Part shown: piece after piece, positions 30,193 through 40,589 of the stretch
How the letters are laid out: each line of letters opens with the position of its first letter
Position numbering within the stretch: the first letter of the stretch is position 1
Origin: Candidatus Binatia bacterium
GTDB lineage: Bacteria; Desulfobacterota; Binatia; UBA9968; CAXXLF01
Assembly (NCBI GenBank): GCA_963664015.2
Contig: CAXXLF010000001.1
Span: forward strand, 1,056,001-1,120,000
Direction: 5' to 3'
Length of the DNA stretch: 64,000 nucleotides
Position numbers and translations under genes: made by a program
Notes under the pieces: model-generated
Databases searched by the model: none
The model's input: the letters and a program-made list of their open reading frames with translations, nothing else
What the model was told of the DNA's origin: nothing

Positions 30193-30445
30193 ATATTAAC
30201 TCCTTTAGGCAAAAATGCCTTTAAATTCCTCCAGATAATGAGAAAACAGGTGCCTTGTAAAGAGAATTATGAACCGACTGCAACATCAAAGACCACGGTT
30301 CATTAAACCTAATGTCCTAGGTATTTATGGAGAGGGAACAAAAGCCCTCACCTATGACGCATTTCTTGAAGGGGTTTTGAGTATAGCAAGTCCAATTGAA
30401 TTATGAAAGCTCTCTTTGACTGCCCCAAGGGCTCGATCCTAGTTG

Positions 30446-31557
30446 CTATTTCCGATTACCAAATTCGGTCTGAATCGATAACTTACGCACTACCGCATTG
30501 GCGATCTCCTCAACGTCCGGTCGCTCTGTCTGCCGCGGTTCGGCCAGGCCCTGGATGATCTCACCCTGCCGCCTGCTTCCGACCTCTCCGTAGCTGTAGA
30601 ACGTCGTCAAGACACCCTCGTGCCCAAGATTCTGGCTCCAAGCTTTGAATTGCTCTGGCGTCCGGCAGACCATCTCACCGAGTCGGACAAGCGTCCTCCG
30701 CAGGCTGTGCGGATTAAAGTACGGCAGCTTGGCAGCGTGGAATGCCTCGCGAAAGATCCTGCGGATGGATGCTGCACTGCTCCAATGCTCACGTTTTAGG
30801 CCAGCGGCCTCGAACTGCTTGGCCGCGTTTAGGACCATGTCTGTTGCCGGGAAAATCGGATCATCAGTCCCCCAAAGCTTGACTTCCCGCAGGTAGTTCA
30901 CCCAGTCCACGACTATCTTGCTAATTTCTTCCCCGACGGTAAAGAAGAAGGTGGTGAAGGTCTTGCTGAATTTGGTTTTCACTTCACGGGCGTCCTGGTA
31001 GACGATTCCGGCCACCAAATCAACGTGCTTCAACTTCATTGATGCGATGGCGCTGTCCCGTGCCCCAGTAAGGAGGGTGAAAGCGACAAGGGCACGATTT
31101 CGCTGCTGGATCTCAGAGTCGTTCGGCATCTTCGCAATGACGTGCTTAATCTGCTCCATGGTCGGGAAGTGTTTTTCGCTACGTGCCGTCGCAATCCGCG
31201 AGTCTTTGTCGGATAGGTTGAAATAGTCCGCGTCGGAATACCCGAAACGGGACCTGTAGCCCGGTTGGCCACCAGCCATTGAAAGAACCGTTTGAGGTGA
31301 GCGAGCGTGGCATGAAGCGTCGCTTTGCTGAGCTTCTCACCAGTCACCATGCTTTGTTGATCCGCCAAGCGCTTCTTGAAGGCAATGGCCTGCTCGAAGT
31401 GAAACGCTTTGAAATCGCGGTACCCGGCATCGGCCTCAAACCGCGAGAGCGCTTTGGCAACAGCATCTACCGTTGGTTCGCTGTGGCGCTTGGGTTCCTT
31501 CAGGTACGTGAAATATTGTCGCTTGACCCGTTCGTTACCGGCATTGTGCTCTGCCAT
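30446..31557 (-). pseudogene. Tyrosine integrase split by a single-base frameshift near 31271
   Basis: N-part MAEHNAGNER..RFFQWL and C-part GQPGY..TGAR..HSLRR..LGH..Y are in different frames; catalytic residues are present. Confidence 0.85.
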
Positions 31558-31613
31558 GGCTTGCTGCCTCCTGTCTCAAGTCACTATTCACGGAGGGTTA
31601 AGTCCTCTCTCCT

Positions 31614-31898
31614 AATACGATGCCACAGAACGATCTCAGCAATAAAGAGGCGTCATGATTTCCAACCAACCAAAAACCCGTGGATGGCCCTACCGGCCAG
31701 GAGCACCCCATATCCGTGGATTCGACACCTCACAGCTATACAGAGAGGACGCCCTGGAACGGATAAGGTACCTCGCAAATCAGGTTCGCGCGTCGCAGCG
31801 TAGGGTTGAGAAGATAGAGAGTATGCTGCCTGAGAGGGAGAAACGGAATAGGAAGTTAAAAGAACAGATTAAGGCTGTCGATCAGCTTCAGCAACAAA
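31614..31898 (+). repeat. ~285-bp direct repeat, copy 2
   Basis: See 26230..26513. Confidence 0.92.
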
Positions 31899-31948
31899 CT
31901 GGGTCCATAAGAACGTCACCAAGAATTAACACTTCTTTCTTCCCGTGA
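31655..31948 (+). CDS. Small coiled-coil hypothetical protein divergent from the integrase
   Basis: AGAGG RBS-like; heptad-like second half; a disrupted second copy starts at 26271. Confidence 0.5.
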   Translation: MISNQPKTRGWPYRPGAPHIRGFDTSQLYREDALERIRYLANQVRASQRRVEKIESMLPEREKRNRKLKEQIKAVDQLQQQTGSIRTSPRINTSFFP

Positions 31949-32101
31949 CTCCAGTGCTTGAGTTGGCGTTCGCACTGGAGAGCGTCGATTTTGGACTGAT
32001 ACTTTTTGGAATAGATGAGATCAGTTAATCAGTGGACGCATTCTCCGCATTGTCTATTGTTCCAATATCCAATGCTCACCAAAATTATCCATTGATAATT
32101 T

Positions 32102-32452
32102 TGGTGGAGGCGGGGGGAATTGAACCCCCGTCCGAAGGTCTTCCATCAAAAACGACTACATGCTTAGCCGCTGATTTAATCTCGCCCGATAAGCCCCCAG
32201 TGGCAGGGTCTCACCGGACCAGCCGGTTTAGATCTCGACCTCATCCCCTCCGGCAGGAGACTTGGTCCATCCCGCTAAATGACGTCTTATCCGACCCCGC
32301 GGGAGAAAGCCGGTAAGACGCTAACTGCAACTAAGCAGCTAGGGAGTATTCAAAATCATCTGCAGTTAAATGCAGCCTGTTTGTTTAACGGGCCAACAGG
32401 ACCCCGGCATGCCGCTTTGACTTCCCACCCCCGTCGAACCCATTTCGCCCCC
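32102..32452 (-). ncRNA. ssrA: tmRNA, tag (A)ADDFEYSLAA
   Basis: 5' GGGGGCG..GGTTCGAC, 3' TTCAATTCCCCCCGCCTCCACCA; tag frame 32363-32331; adjacent to smpB. Confidence 0.96.
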
Positions 32453-32608
32453 AAGTCTTGGGGAAAAAATCAATCGTTAATAGTCAATGGTTAACCGCCC
32501 CCACCCAATCTCACCCTTTTAGCCTTTAAACCCTCACCATTTGGTATCGTGGGTCCATCGGGGTCGCTAAGCGAGGAGCCCTATTGACCGTTGACCATTT
32601 TCTAATGA

Positions 32609-33091
32609 CTATTCCCGTTTTGCACTTTTCAAAGTACGTTCAACCTCACGCCGCACCTCCTTGCGGCGGATCGAGTCACGCTTGTCGTAGGTTTTTTTAC
32701 CACGAGCGAGGGCCATTTCGACCTTCGCACGCCCTTCCTTAAAGTATAACCGGAGCGGCACCAGGGTCAACCCACGTTCTTTGACCTTGCCCGTCAGGCG
32801 CTCGATTTCCCTTTTATGTAAGAGGAGTTTGCGCTTTCGGACGGGCTCATGGTTCAACCCGCTAGCCGCCGGGTAGGGACTGATATGGGCATTAAAAAGA
32901 AAGGCCTCGCCTTTATTGATACGACCGTAACTGTCCACCAATTGGGCCTTGCCGTCCCTGAGGGACTTCACCTCGCTCCCCATTAGGACCAGGCCGGCCT
33001 CAAAGGTCTCTTCGATTTGGTAATCGAAACGCGCCTTTCGATTAACGCATACGATGTTTTCCTTGTTCGATTTCTGCGCCACTAACGCCAC
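32609..33091 (-). CDS. smpB: SsrA-binding protein
   Basis: NRKARFDY, EAGLVLMGSEVKSLR, RKLLLHKREI, GKKTYDKR. Confidence 0.97.
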   Translation of the reverse strand: MALVAQKSNKENIVCVNRKARFDYQIEETFEAGLVLMGSEVKSLRDGKAQLVDSYGRINKGEAFLFNAHISPYPAASGLNHEPVRKRKLLLHKREIERLTGKVKERGLTLVPLRLYFKEGRAKVEMALARGKKTYDKRDSIRRKEVRREVERTLKSAKRE

Positions 33092-33096
33092 CTTAC

Positions 33097-33465
33097 CTAT
33101 GGGCGCCCAATCACGCGCTTTAGAATCTTATTTTGCTCGTCGACGTAGACTAGTGATGGATGGTGAGATTGCCTTTCCCTGTCGTCCATCCAGGCGAAGG
33201 CGGCAATAATAACCCGTTCACCCGTCTTAATACGCAGTGCCGCAGCACCGTTCATGCGGATCTCTCCCCGCCCGGCCTGCCCTGGAATGGCATAGGTTTC
33301 GAGACGCTCCCCGCTGCTCATGCTCCAGACGTGCACCTTCTCATACGGAACGATTACCGCGGCCTCCATAAGAGCGGTGTCGACGGTCACGCTACCCTCA
33401 TAGGCAACGTTGCCGTCGGTGATCCTGGCCCCGTGAATTTTTCCCTTAAGGAGACATACGTTCAT
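33097..33465 (-). CDS. panD: Aspartate 1-decarboxylase
   Basis: KIH, YEG|SVT cleavage site, RLETY, NGAAA. Confidence 0.95.
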   Translation of the reverse strand: MNVCLLKGKIHGARITDGNVAYEGSVTVDTALMEAAVIVPYEKVHVWSMSSGERLETYAIPGQAGRGEIRMNGAAALRIKTGERVIIAAFAWMDDRERQSHHPSLVYVDEQNKILKRVIGRP

Positions 33466-33474
33466 TTTTTCCCT

Positions 33475-34320
33475 CTATGCTTCAAGCAGGCTATTGTCAA
33501 TGAGCCGAGCGCGGCCAACCCAAACCGCCAGGGCAAGCAGGGTCTTACCTTGAACCCTCTCGACGGCCTCAAGGCTCTCTGGATCGCAAAGTTCGAGATA
33601 CTCGGGCCTGGCTAACGGTTCCCTGGCAATTTCAGCACGGACCTCCCCCAGGATCCCCCCCCCGTTTGTCTCACCTAACTGCACCAGATCCTGGGCTTTT
33701 TTAAGGGCCCGAGAGAGACAGAGGGCCGCTCTCCTTTCCGCCTCATTCAGGTAAGAGTTTCGGGAACTCATGGCAAGCCCGTCGGCCTCTCGCACGATTG
33801 GGTATCCAACCAGTTCGATATCAAAGTTCATATCCTCAACCAACCGGCGAATAACCAGAAATTGCTGGTAGTCTTTCAAGCCAAAGACTGCCACGTGGGG
33901 GCGAACCATATTAAAGAGCTTGGCAACCACAATCGCCACACCCTGAAAATGCCCGGGACGATATGGACCGCAAAGAAACCGGCTCAACTCGCCCACCTCC
34001 ACTTTAGCCTGGAACCCTGGCGGATAAACCGATTCCGTCTTCGGGTAGAAGAGGAGATCCACGCCCTCCTCTGCAAGCAATTGCCGGTCCTTCTCGAAAT
34101 CACGCGGGTAGGAAGCCAGGTCTTCGCCAGGGCTAAACTGGACTGGATTGACAAAAATCGAGACGACGAGGAGATCCCCCCGTTTGCGGCCCTCCCGGAC
34201 CAACTCGAGATGGGCATCATGGAGGAATCCCATGGTAGGAACCAGGACCACCCGCCTTCCCTGGCGCCGCTGCCCTTCACTCCAGCGCTGCATCTCCCCA
34301 ATCTCTGCTACGATTTGCAT
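33475..34320 (-). CDS. panC: Pantoate-beta-alanine ligase
   Basis: VPTMGFLH, SIFVNP, RPGHF, GLAMSSRN, RLIDN. Confidence 0.97.
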   Translation of the reverse strand: MQIVAEIGEMQRWSEGQRRQGRRVVLVPTMGFLHDAHLELVREGRKRGDLLVVSIFVNPVQFSPGEDLASYPRDFEKDRQLLAEEGVDLLFYPKTESVYPPGFQAKVEVGELSRFLCGPYRPGHFQGVAIVVAKLFNMVRPHVAVFGLKDYQQFLVIRRLVEDMNFDIELVGYPIVREADGLAMSSRNSYLNEAERRAALCLSRALKKAQDLVQLGETNGGGILGEVRAEIAREPLARPEYLELCDPESLEAVERVQGKTLLALAVWVGRARLIDNSLLEA

Positions 34321-34332
34321 AGACCGCCACGC

Positions 34333-35136
34333 TTAATGGAACGTCTGCTCCTCCCCAGGGAAGAGATCTTCTCGGACGTCGGTTACGAAACTTTTTACAG
34401 CATCGGTGATCACACCCCTAAGATCAGCATACCGTTTGACAAACTTAGGCGTGTATCGATCAAAGAGCCCGAGCATGTCATGGACGACAAGCACCTGCCC
34501 GTCGCAATGAACCCCAGCCCCAATGCCTATGGTTGGGATCGACAAGCGCTCGGTGATCTCCTGAGCCAAACTCATCGGTATCCCTTCCAAAACCAGGGCA
34601 AATGCGCCTGCCTCTTCCACCGCCAAGGCGTCTCGAACAATGGCCTCACGCTGCGCCTTTTCCTTGCCTTGAACCCGGTAGCCACCGAACTGGTGAATAC
34701 GCTGTGGAGTAAGCCCGACATGGCCCATAACCGGAATCCCGGCCTCTACGATTGCCTTGATTGTCGCAGCCATCTCCACACCTCCCTCCAGCTTTACAGC
34801 CTCCGCTCTCCCTTCCTTTACGAGCCGACCGGCGTTCCTCTTAGCGTCTTCGATTTCCACCTGAAAGGATAGAAAGGGCATGTCGGCGACAACCAGGGCT
34901 CGTTTGCAACCGCGCACCACGGCTTTGGTATGGTATACCATCTCATCCATTGTAACAGTGAGAGTGTTCTCCTGCCCTTGAATCACAGCCCCCAGAGAGT
35001 CCCCCACCAGGAGGATATCGATCCCCGCTTCATCCAGGATTTGGGCAAAGGAATAATCATAGGCCGTCAGGGCCGCAATCTTTTCATCTCTGCCTTTTCT
35101 TTTCTTAATCTCCGGCACCGTAATTTTTCCGTCCAT
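34333..35136 (-). CDS. panB: Ketopantoate hydroxymethyltransferase
   Basis: [26 protein letters not shown]. Confidence 0.97.
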   Translation of the reverse strand: MDGKITVPEIKKRKGRDEKIAALTAYDYSFAQILDEAGIDILLVGDSLGAVIQGQENTLTVTMDEMVYHTKAVVRGCKRALVVADMPFLSFQVEIEDAKRNAGRLVKEGRAEAVKLEGGVEMAATIKAIVEAGIPVMGHVGLTPQRIHQFGGYRVQGKEKAQREAIVRDALAVEEAGAFALVLEGIPMSLAQEITERLSIPTIGIGAGVHCDGQVLVVHDMLGLFDRYTPKFVKRYADLRGVITDAVKSFVTDVREDLFPGEEQTFH

Positions 35137-35200
35137 GGATTGGCACCTCCAGAGAATTAACGGGAAGAGCTACCGTTTCTCCCATTTGGAAACCCCATTG

Positions 35201-35324
35201 GTCCTTCGACTTTGCTCAGGATGGTGAGCGTGCCCGTCGAGAGCCTCATGGTTCGAGTTCCTCATCATGACCGTTAGCATGGTCGAAGGGTCAGGGCCGG
35301 GAGCCTGTCGATGGGTCGAACCAT
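35201..35324. repeat. Nested REP-like palindromic element
   Basis: CTTCGACTTTGCTCAGGATGGTGAGC..GTCGA units with several TCGAC/GTCGA arms. Confidence 0.45.
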
Positions 35325-35361
35325 TATGTCCCCGCGGTAAACCGCTGGGTTGCCCAATAAT

Positions 35362-35392
35362 AAAAAAGCCTCCCGTACCGAGCTGGAAGGCT
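35362..35392 (-). terminator. Intrinsic terminator in the panB leader
   Basis: AGCCTTCC-N10-GGGAGGCT followed by a T-run. Confidence 0.8.
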
Positions 35393-35470
35393 ATCTCTGC
35401 CAAAAGAACCACACGAGACCTATTAGACCCATTGGGCCATAATAGGGCGGCAGATTAGGGCTATCGCCAT

Positions 35471-35502
35471 CCGTCTCAGTCCAGACTATCTGGATCCAAG
35501 CG
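35471..35502 (-). promoter_or_regulatory. pan RNA motif-like hairpin
   Basis: CGCUUGG-A-UCCAGA-UAG-UCUGGA-CUGAG-A-CG stem with two bulged A, upstream of panBCD. Confidence 0.7.
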
Positions 35503-36127
35503 ATATATAATGCTGCGTTCCCGAGCCCATCGTATCGATCTCTTTGATCAAGTCAGCCAAATGATCGCTGCTCGTCATAAAATCAATATCCGAGGTGTTG
35601 ATGGCCAACAGGGGAGTATCATCGTAGCGAAAGAAAAATTCATTGTAGGCCCGTGCAACCTCGGTCAGATACTCGGGGGAAACATCTCTGTCGAAACTCT
35701 TGTTTCTCTTCTTTATTCTTTTATACAGGATATCAGGTCTGGCCTGCAAATAGACAACCAAATCGGGCTTCGGAACCCTGGGGCCCAAGGTCTGATAGAG
35801 CTGCTTGTACAGTGCGATTTCCTCGCTGCTCAGATTCAGCGACGCAAAGATTTGGTCCTTGGCGAATAGATAATCGGCCACTACGTTTTGGCTGAACAGT
35901 TCCTGCTGCATCAGTTCTCTCTGCTGCTGATAACGGCTTAGGAGAAAGAAGATTTGGGTCTGGAAGGCGTGGGTATCCCGATCCTGATAGAACTTGGTTA
36001 GAAACGGGTTTTCCTCGACTTTTTCAAAGATTCCACGCGCTTGGAATTCAGCCACCAGGCTTTTTGCCAGGCTCGTCTTGCCGACACCGATAGGGCCCTC
36101 TACGACTATGTATCGGGGCTTTTTCAT
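35486..36127 (-). CDS. Deoxynucleoside kinase
   Basis: VEGPIGVGKT, NPFL..FY, PDLVVYLQA. Confidence 0.92.
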   Translation of the reverse strand: MKKPRYIVVEGPIGVGKTSLAKSLVAEFQARGIFEKVEENPFLTKFYQDRDTHAFQTQIFFLLSRYQQQRELMQQELFSQNVVADYLFAKDQIFASLNLSSEEIALYKQLYQTLGPRVPKPDLVVYLQARPDILYKRIKKRNKSFDRDVSPEYLTEVARAYNEFFFRYDDTPLLAINTSDIDFMTSSDHLADLIKEIDTMGSGTQHYISLGSR

Positions 36128-36185
36128 CCCGAGGAATACCTTACAATAACGACCTGAGATTGTCTAGCAACACCCCGTGGAGGGG

Positions 36186-37532
36186 TCAGGGTAACCGGTA
36201 GGCGCTATAGGCCACCAATTTGTTGACATCCTGGGCCAGCTCCCCTACCCATTGCTCCTCAATGAGATCGGCCGGACACTTGCCCTGGTGGATCAGAAGT
36301 TCTTGCAAGGATTTGAGATAGAGAGTCTCGTCTTCTCCATTGCTGTTAAGGATCCGTTGGCGCTTGAGCCCTTCCCAACCAATTTGGAAGAGTTCCTTGG
36401 CCAGGTCAAGCAGGGAGTGATGGCGAATCCGCGCGCCAAGGGCCTCCCGATGAGCATCGTGGTAGAGCCTCATCCTCTCGTCGATAGACCACCCCTTGAC
36501 CAAGTCCCAGGCCGCTTCCAGACAATCCGCTTCGTAGAAAATTCCTTTGACGAGAGCCGAAAGGGATAGCATCATTTCCGGAGACTGGCTGTCCGCAGAG
36601 CGTATCTCCATATACCGCTTGATTCGAACCTCCGGGAACAAGGTGGTCAAGTGCAGTTCCCAATCGTCAGTCGTGGCGTAATGCCCCATATGACCGTGGG
36701 CCAGAAAGTGACGAAAAGGAACGCCAGAAAAATCTATGTAATTTCCATCCCGTTTAATGAAGTACATGGGGACATCAAGGGCATAGTCAACAAAGTTGCC
36801 GAAGTTCACATCGGGGGAAAAGGCAAATGGGAGAAGACCGCAACGATCCCGGTCCGTGTCGGTCCAGATATGGCCGCGGATAGTCTTATAACCGCTGAGG
36901 ACGCCCTCAGAGATGGGAGAATTGGCAAAGATGGCTGAGATCAAGGGACAAATTCCCATTCCGGTGCGAAACTTTGCCATCGCGTCCTGCTCGTCGCTAT
37001 AGTCGATATTGACCTGCACCGTAGCGGTCTGCTTCATCATCCGATGGCCCAGGGTTCCCACCTTGGCCATGTAAGGCGCCATGATACGGTAGCGCCTCTT
37101 GGGAACCCATTCGATTTCCGCCAGGGAACTCACCGGTTGCATACCGAGCCCCAGGAAAGCGACTCCCAACCTTTCAGCAACCTCCAGAAGCTCGTGAATG
37201 TGCTGGGTAAACTCGGCATTGGAACAGTGAATACTCTCGCAGGGCTCACCGCTGAGTTCAATCTGACCTCCGGGCTCTAAATTGATTTCAGCTCGTTCAC
37301 CGGTCAACGCGATTATGTGGCCGTCTTCTATCTGGGGACGCCAGTTGTAACGCTCCACCAGCGCCTTGAGAATGGCCTCCACTCCCGCCGCGCCCCCGTA
37401 GGAAATAGCCTGCCCATTACGGCAATCGATCCCGACCTTTTCGTATTCGGTACCGACGCGCCATTGATCGCGCGGCTTACCCCACGAATGAAATAATTCT
37501 TCGAGCTCTTCTTTTTTAGTGATATCGGACAT
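36186..37532 (-). CDS. gshA: Glutamate-cysteine ligase (GCS2, plant/alphaproteobacterial-like)
   Basis: VGTEYEK, LEPGGQIELSG, MMKQTATVQVN, HLTTLFPEVR. Confidence 0.88.
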   Translation of the reverse strand: MSDITKKEELEELFHSWGKPRDQWRVGTEYEKVGIDCRNGQAISYGGAAGVEAILKALVERYNWRPQIEDGHIIALTGERAEINLEPGGQIELSGEPCESIHCSNAEFTQHIHELLEVAERLGVAFLGLGMQPVSSLAEIEWVPKRRYRIMAPYMAKVGTLGHRMMKQTATVQVNIDYSDEQDAMAKFRTGMGICPLISAIFANSPISEGVLSGYKTIRGHIWTDTDRDRCGLLPFAFSPDVNFGNFVDYALDVPMYFIKRDGNYIDFSGVPFRHFLAHGHMGHYATTDDWELHLTTLFPEVRIKRYMEIRSADSQSPEMMLSLSALVKGIFYEADCLEAAWDLVKGWSIDERMRLYHDAHREALGARIRHHSLLDLAKELFQIGWEGLKRQRILNSNGEDETLYLKSLQELLIHQGKCPADLIEEQWVGELAQDVNKLVAYSAYRLP

Positions 37533-38550
37533 GGGCGCGAATATTCTTGACAAACGGTGGCGAGATAATGCCTTTCTCGGTAATAATGCCCGCGATTAAC
37601 TCCTGTGGCGTGATGTCAAAAGCGGGATTGAGAACTCCGATGCCCCGGGGGGCGATGGCATGGCCGAAAATATGCGTAACCTCCTTGCGATCCCTCATCT
37701 CGATGGGAATCCCGGCTCCCGAGATACACTTTAGGTCAATGGAGGAGATTGGGCAAGCCACGTAAAAGGGGACCGCATGCTGCCGGGCCAAAACGGCAAT
37801 GGTATAGGTCCCGATCTTGTTCGCAACATCGCCGTTGGCGGCGGCTCGATCACACCCAACGATCACTGCGTCCAATTTTGTCTTCTGCATGAGATAGCCC
37901 ACCGTATTGTCCGTAATCAGTGTAACCGGGATACGTTCTTTCTTGAGTTCCCAGGTCGTGAGCCGGGCCCCCTGTAGAAACGGCCGGGTCTCGTTGACAA
38001 AGACCTCGATTCGCTTACCCATCTCCTTGCTAGCACGAAATACACCGAGGGCCGTGCCATACCCGGCCGTGGCGAGGGCACCAGCGTTACAGGTGGTCAG
38101 AACCTTGGAACCGTTCTTCAGTAGTTTGGCGCCCCATTTCCCCAGGCTACGGTTGGTCGCAATGTCTTCCTCATAGATCTTTTGAGCCTCTAACTTGAGT
38201 AGTTGTTTGACCGACTCGATCCCCAGGCTCCGATTTTCCACATAGACCCCGCGCATGCGCTCCAGGGCCCAGAATAGGTTAATCGCGGTGGGCCGAGCCT
38301 TTGCGAAGACACTGAATATCCGTTCGATTTCCCGATCAAAATTCTTCTCCTTCACCCAGAGGGCTCCCAGGGCAATTCCCATGGCCGTGGTCACGCCGAT
38401 TGCCGGGGCGCCACGGACAACCATTTCACGTATGGCACGGGCAACTTCATTATAGTCCTTATAAACGCGGTAGACCTCCTTATCGGGGAGCAGCCGCTGG
38501 TCGAGCAATATGACCTGATTGTTTTTCCACTCGATTGTTTTGACAGCCAT
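37516..38550 (-). CDS. mtnA: Methylthioribose-1-phosphate isomerase
   Basis: VRGAPAIG, RPTAINL, CNAGALAT, ETRPFLQGARLT. Confidence 0.95.
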   Translation of the reverse strand: MAVKTIEWKNNQVILLDQRLLPDKEVYRVYKDYNEVARAIREMVVRGAPAIGVTTAMGIALGALWVKEKNFDREIERIFSVFAKARPTAINLFWALERMRGVYVENRSLGIESVKQLLKLEAQKIYEEDIATNRSLGKWGAKLLKNGSKVLTTCNAGALATAGYGTALGVFRASKEMGKRIEVFVNETRPFLQGARLTTWELKKERIPVTLITDNTVGYLMQKTKLDAVIVGCDRAAANGDVANKIGTYTIAVLARQHAVPFYVACPISSIDLKCISGAGIPIEMRDRKEVTHIFGHAIAPRGIGVLNPAFDITPQELIAGIITEKGIISPPFVKNIRAHVRYH

Positions 38551-38662
38551 TATTGTGTTTCCTATTTGGAGCGGGTCCAGTATATTAGGGAGTTGAAGCA
38601 AGCGTCAAGGGCTTGCCTTCCCTGGTCCACCCATTTTCAGGGAAATTATATAAACTGCAACC

Positions 38663-38920
38663 ATGGACCTATACAGTGTTCTCGGCTACCTATCGGGCCT
38701 TTACCTCATCAGGCCGGATATGGAGCCTTCGACCTTTATCCGCACGGCCCTGTTGATCCACCTACTCGATGGCTTGCTCTGCCGGGTCATTGCCATTCAC
38801 TCGGGCCGTAACCGGTCCCTTTGGACCCTGGGCGGATTGCTGTTCGGAATCTGGGCCCTAGCGCCCCTCTTTTTACTTTCTGAAATTGACGCGACCCGTG
38901 CCGCGCGCCCAAAGGAGTGA
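38663..38920 (+). CDS. Small membrane hypothetical protein
   Basis: Hydrophobic 85-aa ORF directly upstream of acpS. Confidence 0.6.
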   Translation: MDLYSVLGYLSGLYLIRPDMEPSTFIRTALLIHLLDGLLCRVIAIHSGRNRSLWTLGGLLFGIWALAPLFLLSEIDATRAARPKE

Positions 38921-38938
38921 AAGTAGAAACCCAAGACA

Positions 38939-39346
38939 ATGGTGATAGGCGTAGGGGTCGATCTAATTGAGGTGCCTCGGGTCAAGGAGGCCCTGGAGAG
39001 TGGCCGGACCGGTCATCGGTTTCGGAAGCGCGTTTACACCGCCGGTGAGATCGACTACTGCGAAGGTCTCAAACGAAAATACGAGAGCTACGCGGGGCGC
39101 TTTGCCGCCAAGGAGGCGGTAATGAAGTCTTTGGGAGTGGGTTGGGGCAGAAGGGCGGGATGGCTTGACATCGAAGTCTGTTCGACCGGGACCGGAGAGC
39201 CACAAATCAGACTCCACGACAAGGCTTCAGCCCGCGCCAAAAATCTAGGGATTCGCAGCTTCTCCATATCCCTCACCCACACGGACCACTACGCCATCGC
39301 ATACGTGATCGCCGAGGGTGAAGGGGATATTTCCTCAGCACCGTAA
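38939..39346 (+). CDS. acpS: Holo-ACP synthase
   Basis: GVGVDL, AGRFAAKEAVMKSLG, SISLTH. Confidence 0.95.
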   Translation: MVIGVGVDLIEVPRVKEALESGRTGHRFRKRVYTAGEIDYCEGLKRKYESYAGRFAAKEAVMKSLGVGWGRRAGWLDIEVCSTGTGEPQIRLHDKASARAKNLGIRSFSISLTHTDHYAIAYVIAEGEGDISSAP

Positions 39347-39373
39347 CGCAACACCCCGCCAACGGGTCCCGTG

Positions 39374-40573
39374 TCAGTCCATCCGTTTTCTCAGGAAAGT
39401 CGGGATGTCAAATTCGTCCTCATCCTGTTCGACAGGAACAGACTTCTCCAACGGGATGGCATCATCCTCCTTAGCGTTCTGTTCCTTTCTCTTCCAGGTG
39501 GGAGCATCCCAATTATCGTTGATCATCCCCAGATGGACTACCTTGCGGGTACTGAGTTCCTTGTTGGCCAGGCCATCCATCGAACCCTTTGCCATTCGCC
39601 TTCCCTTTTGCTTGTCTCCGAAGCCAGTGGCAATGACCGTAATACGGATTTCGTCCTTGATGTTCTCGTCAATGACGGCGCCAAAGATAATGTTGGCATC
39701 ATCGTGAGCTTCGCTCTGAATCAAAGTGGCCGCCTCGTTGACTTCATGCAAGGCCAGGTCCGGTCCCCCCGTAATGTTGATCAAGACGCCCTTAGCTCCG
39801 TGAATCGAGACATCCTCTAGCAGAGGGCTCGAAATTGCTTGTTGGGCCGCCTCTATGGCTCGATTCTCACCGGATGCGGAGGCTGCCCCCATTAGAGCCA
39901 ATCCCATTTCAAGCATGACCGCGCGCACATCGGCGAAGTCGAGATTGATCAGGCCCGGGGTGACGATGAGATCGGAAATACCTCGCACAGCCTGGAGCAG
40001 GATACCGTCTGCCATTTTGAAGGTTTCCAACAGCGTCGTTGCCTTCCCGGCAATGCTCAAGAGCCGCTGATTGGGGATAACAATTAGCGTATCCACGTTC
40101 TCCTTGAGTTCACGTAAACCTTCTTCAGCTTGAACCATTCGCTTTTTGCCTTCGAAGATGAAGGGCTTGGTCACCACTCCCACAGTGAGTGCGCCAATCT
40201 CGCGAGCGACACTGGCAATCACCGGGGCTCCACCGGTTCCTGTGCCTCCCCCCATGCCGGCCGTGATGAAAACCATATCCGACCCTTCCAGATAACGCTG
40301 GATGCGGTCTCGGTCTTCCAAGGCGGCCCGACGACCGACCTCTGGGTTAGCACCGGCACCCAACCCCTTGGTGATCTTCTCTCCCAGTTGAATCTTGACC
40401 AGCGCCCCGCTCGCCTCCAGGGCTTGTCCATCCGTGTTGGCCACGATGAAGCCCACGCCAGTCAGGTTAGCGCCAATCATCGTACTGATTGCGTTTCCCC
40501 CTCCTCCGCCGACACCCACCGCCTTAATTCGCGCACTCAACTGGACCTGCTCCACAATCTCGAACATACTCAC
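39374..40573 (-). CDS. ftsZ: Cell division protein FtsZ
   Basis: [32 protein letters not shown]. Confidence 0.98.
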   Translation of the reverse strand: MSMFEIVEQVQLSARIKAVGVGGGGGNAISTMIGANLTGVGFIVANTDGQALEASGALVKIQLGEKITKGLGAGANPEVGRRAALEDRDRIQRYLEGSDMVFITAGMGGGTGTGGAPVIASVAREIGALTVGVVTKPFIFEGKKRMVQAEEGLRELKENVDTLIVIPNQRLLSIAGKATTLLETFKMADGILLQAVRGISDLIVTPGLINLDFADVRAVMLEMGLALMGAASASGENRAIEAAQQAISSPLLEDVSIHGAKGVLINITGGPDLALHEVNEAATLIQSEAHDDANIIFGAVIDENIKDEIRITVIATGFGDKQKGRRMAKGSMDGLANKELSTRKVVHLGMINDNWDAPTWKRKEQNAKEDDAIPLEKSVPVEQDEDEFDIPTFLRKRMD

Positions 40574-40589
40574 CCCTCCTTCTCAAATC

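Larger units (their letters stand above)
26760..32101. mobile_element. Genomic island integrated at the tmRNA 3' end
   Basis: Bounded by the 18-bp direct repeat; contains a tyrosine integrase and cargo genes. Confidence 0.8.

Noticed and set aside
33862-34872. 336-aa plus-strand ORF
   Set aside because: Antisense to panC/panB with no recognisable motifs; the same applies to other shadow ORFs across the dcw cluster.
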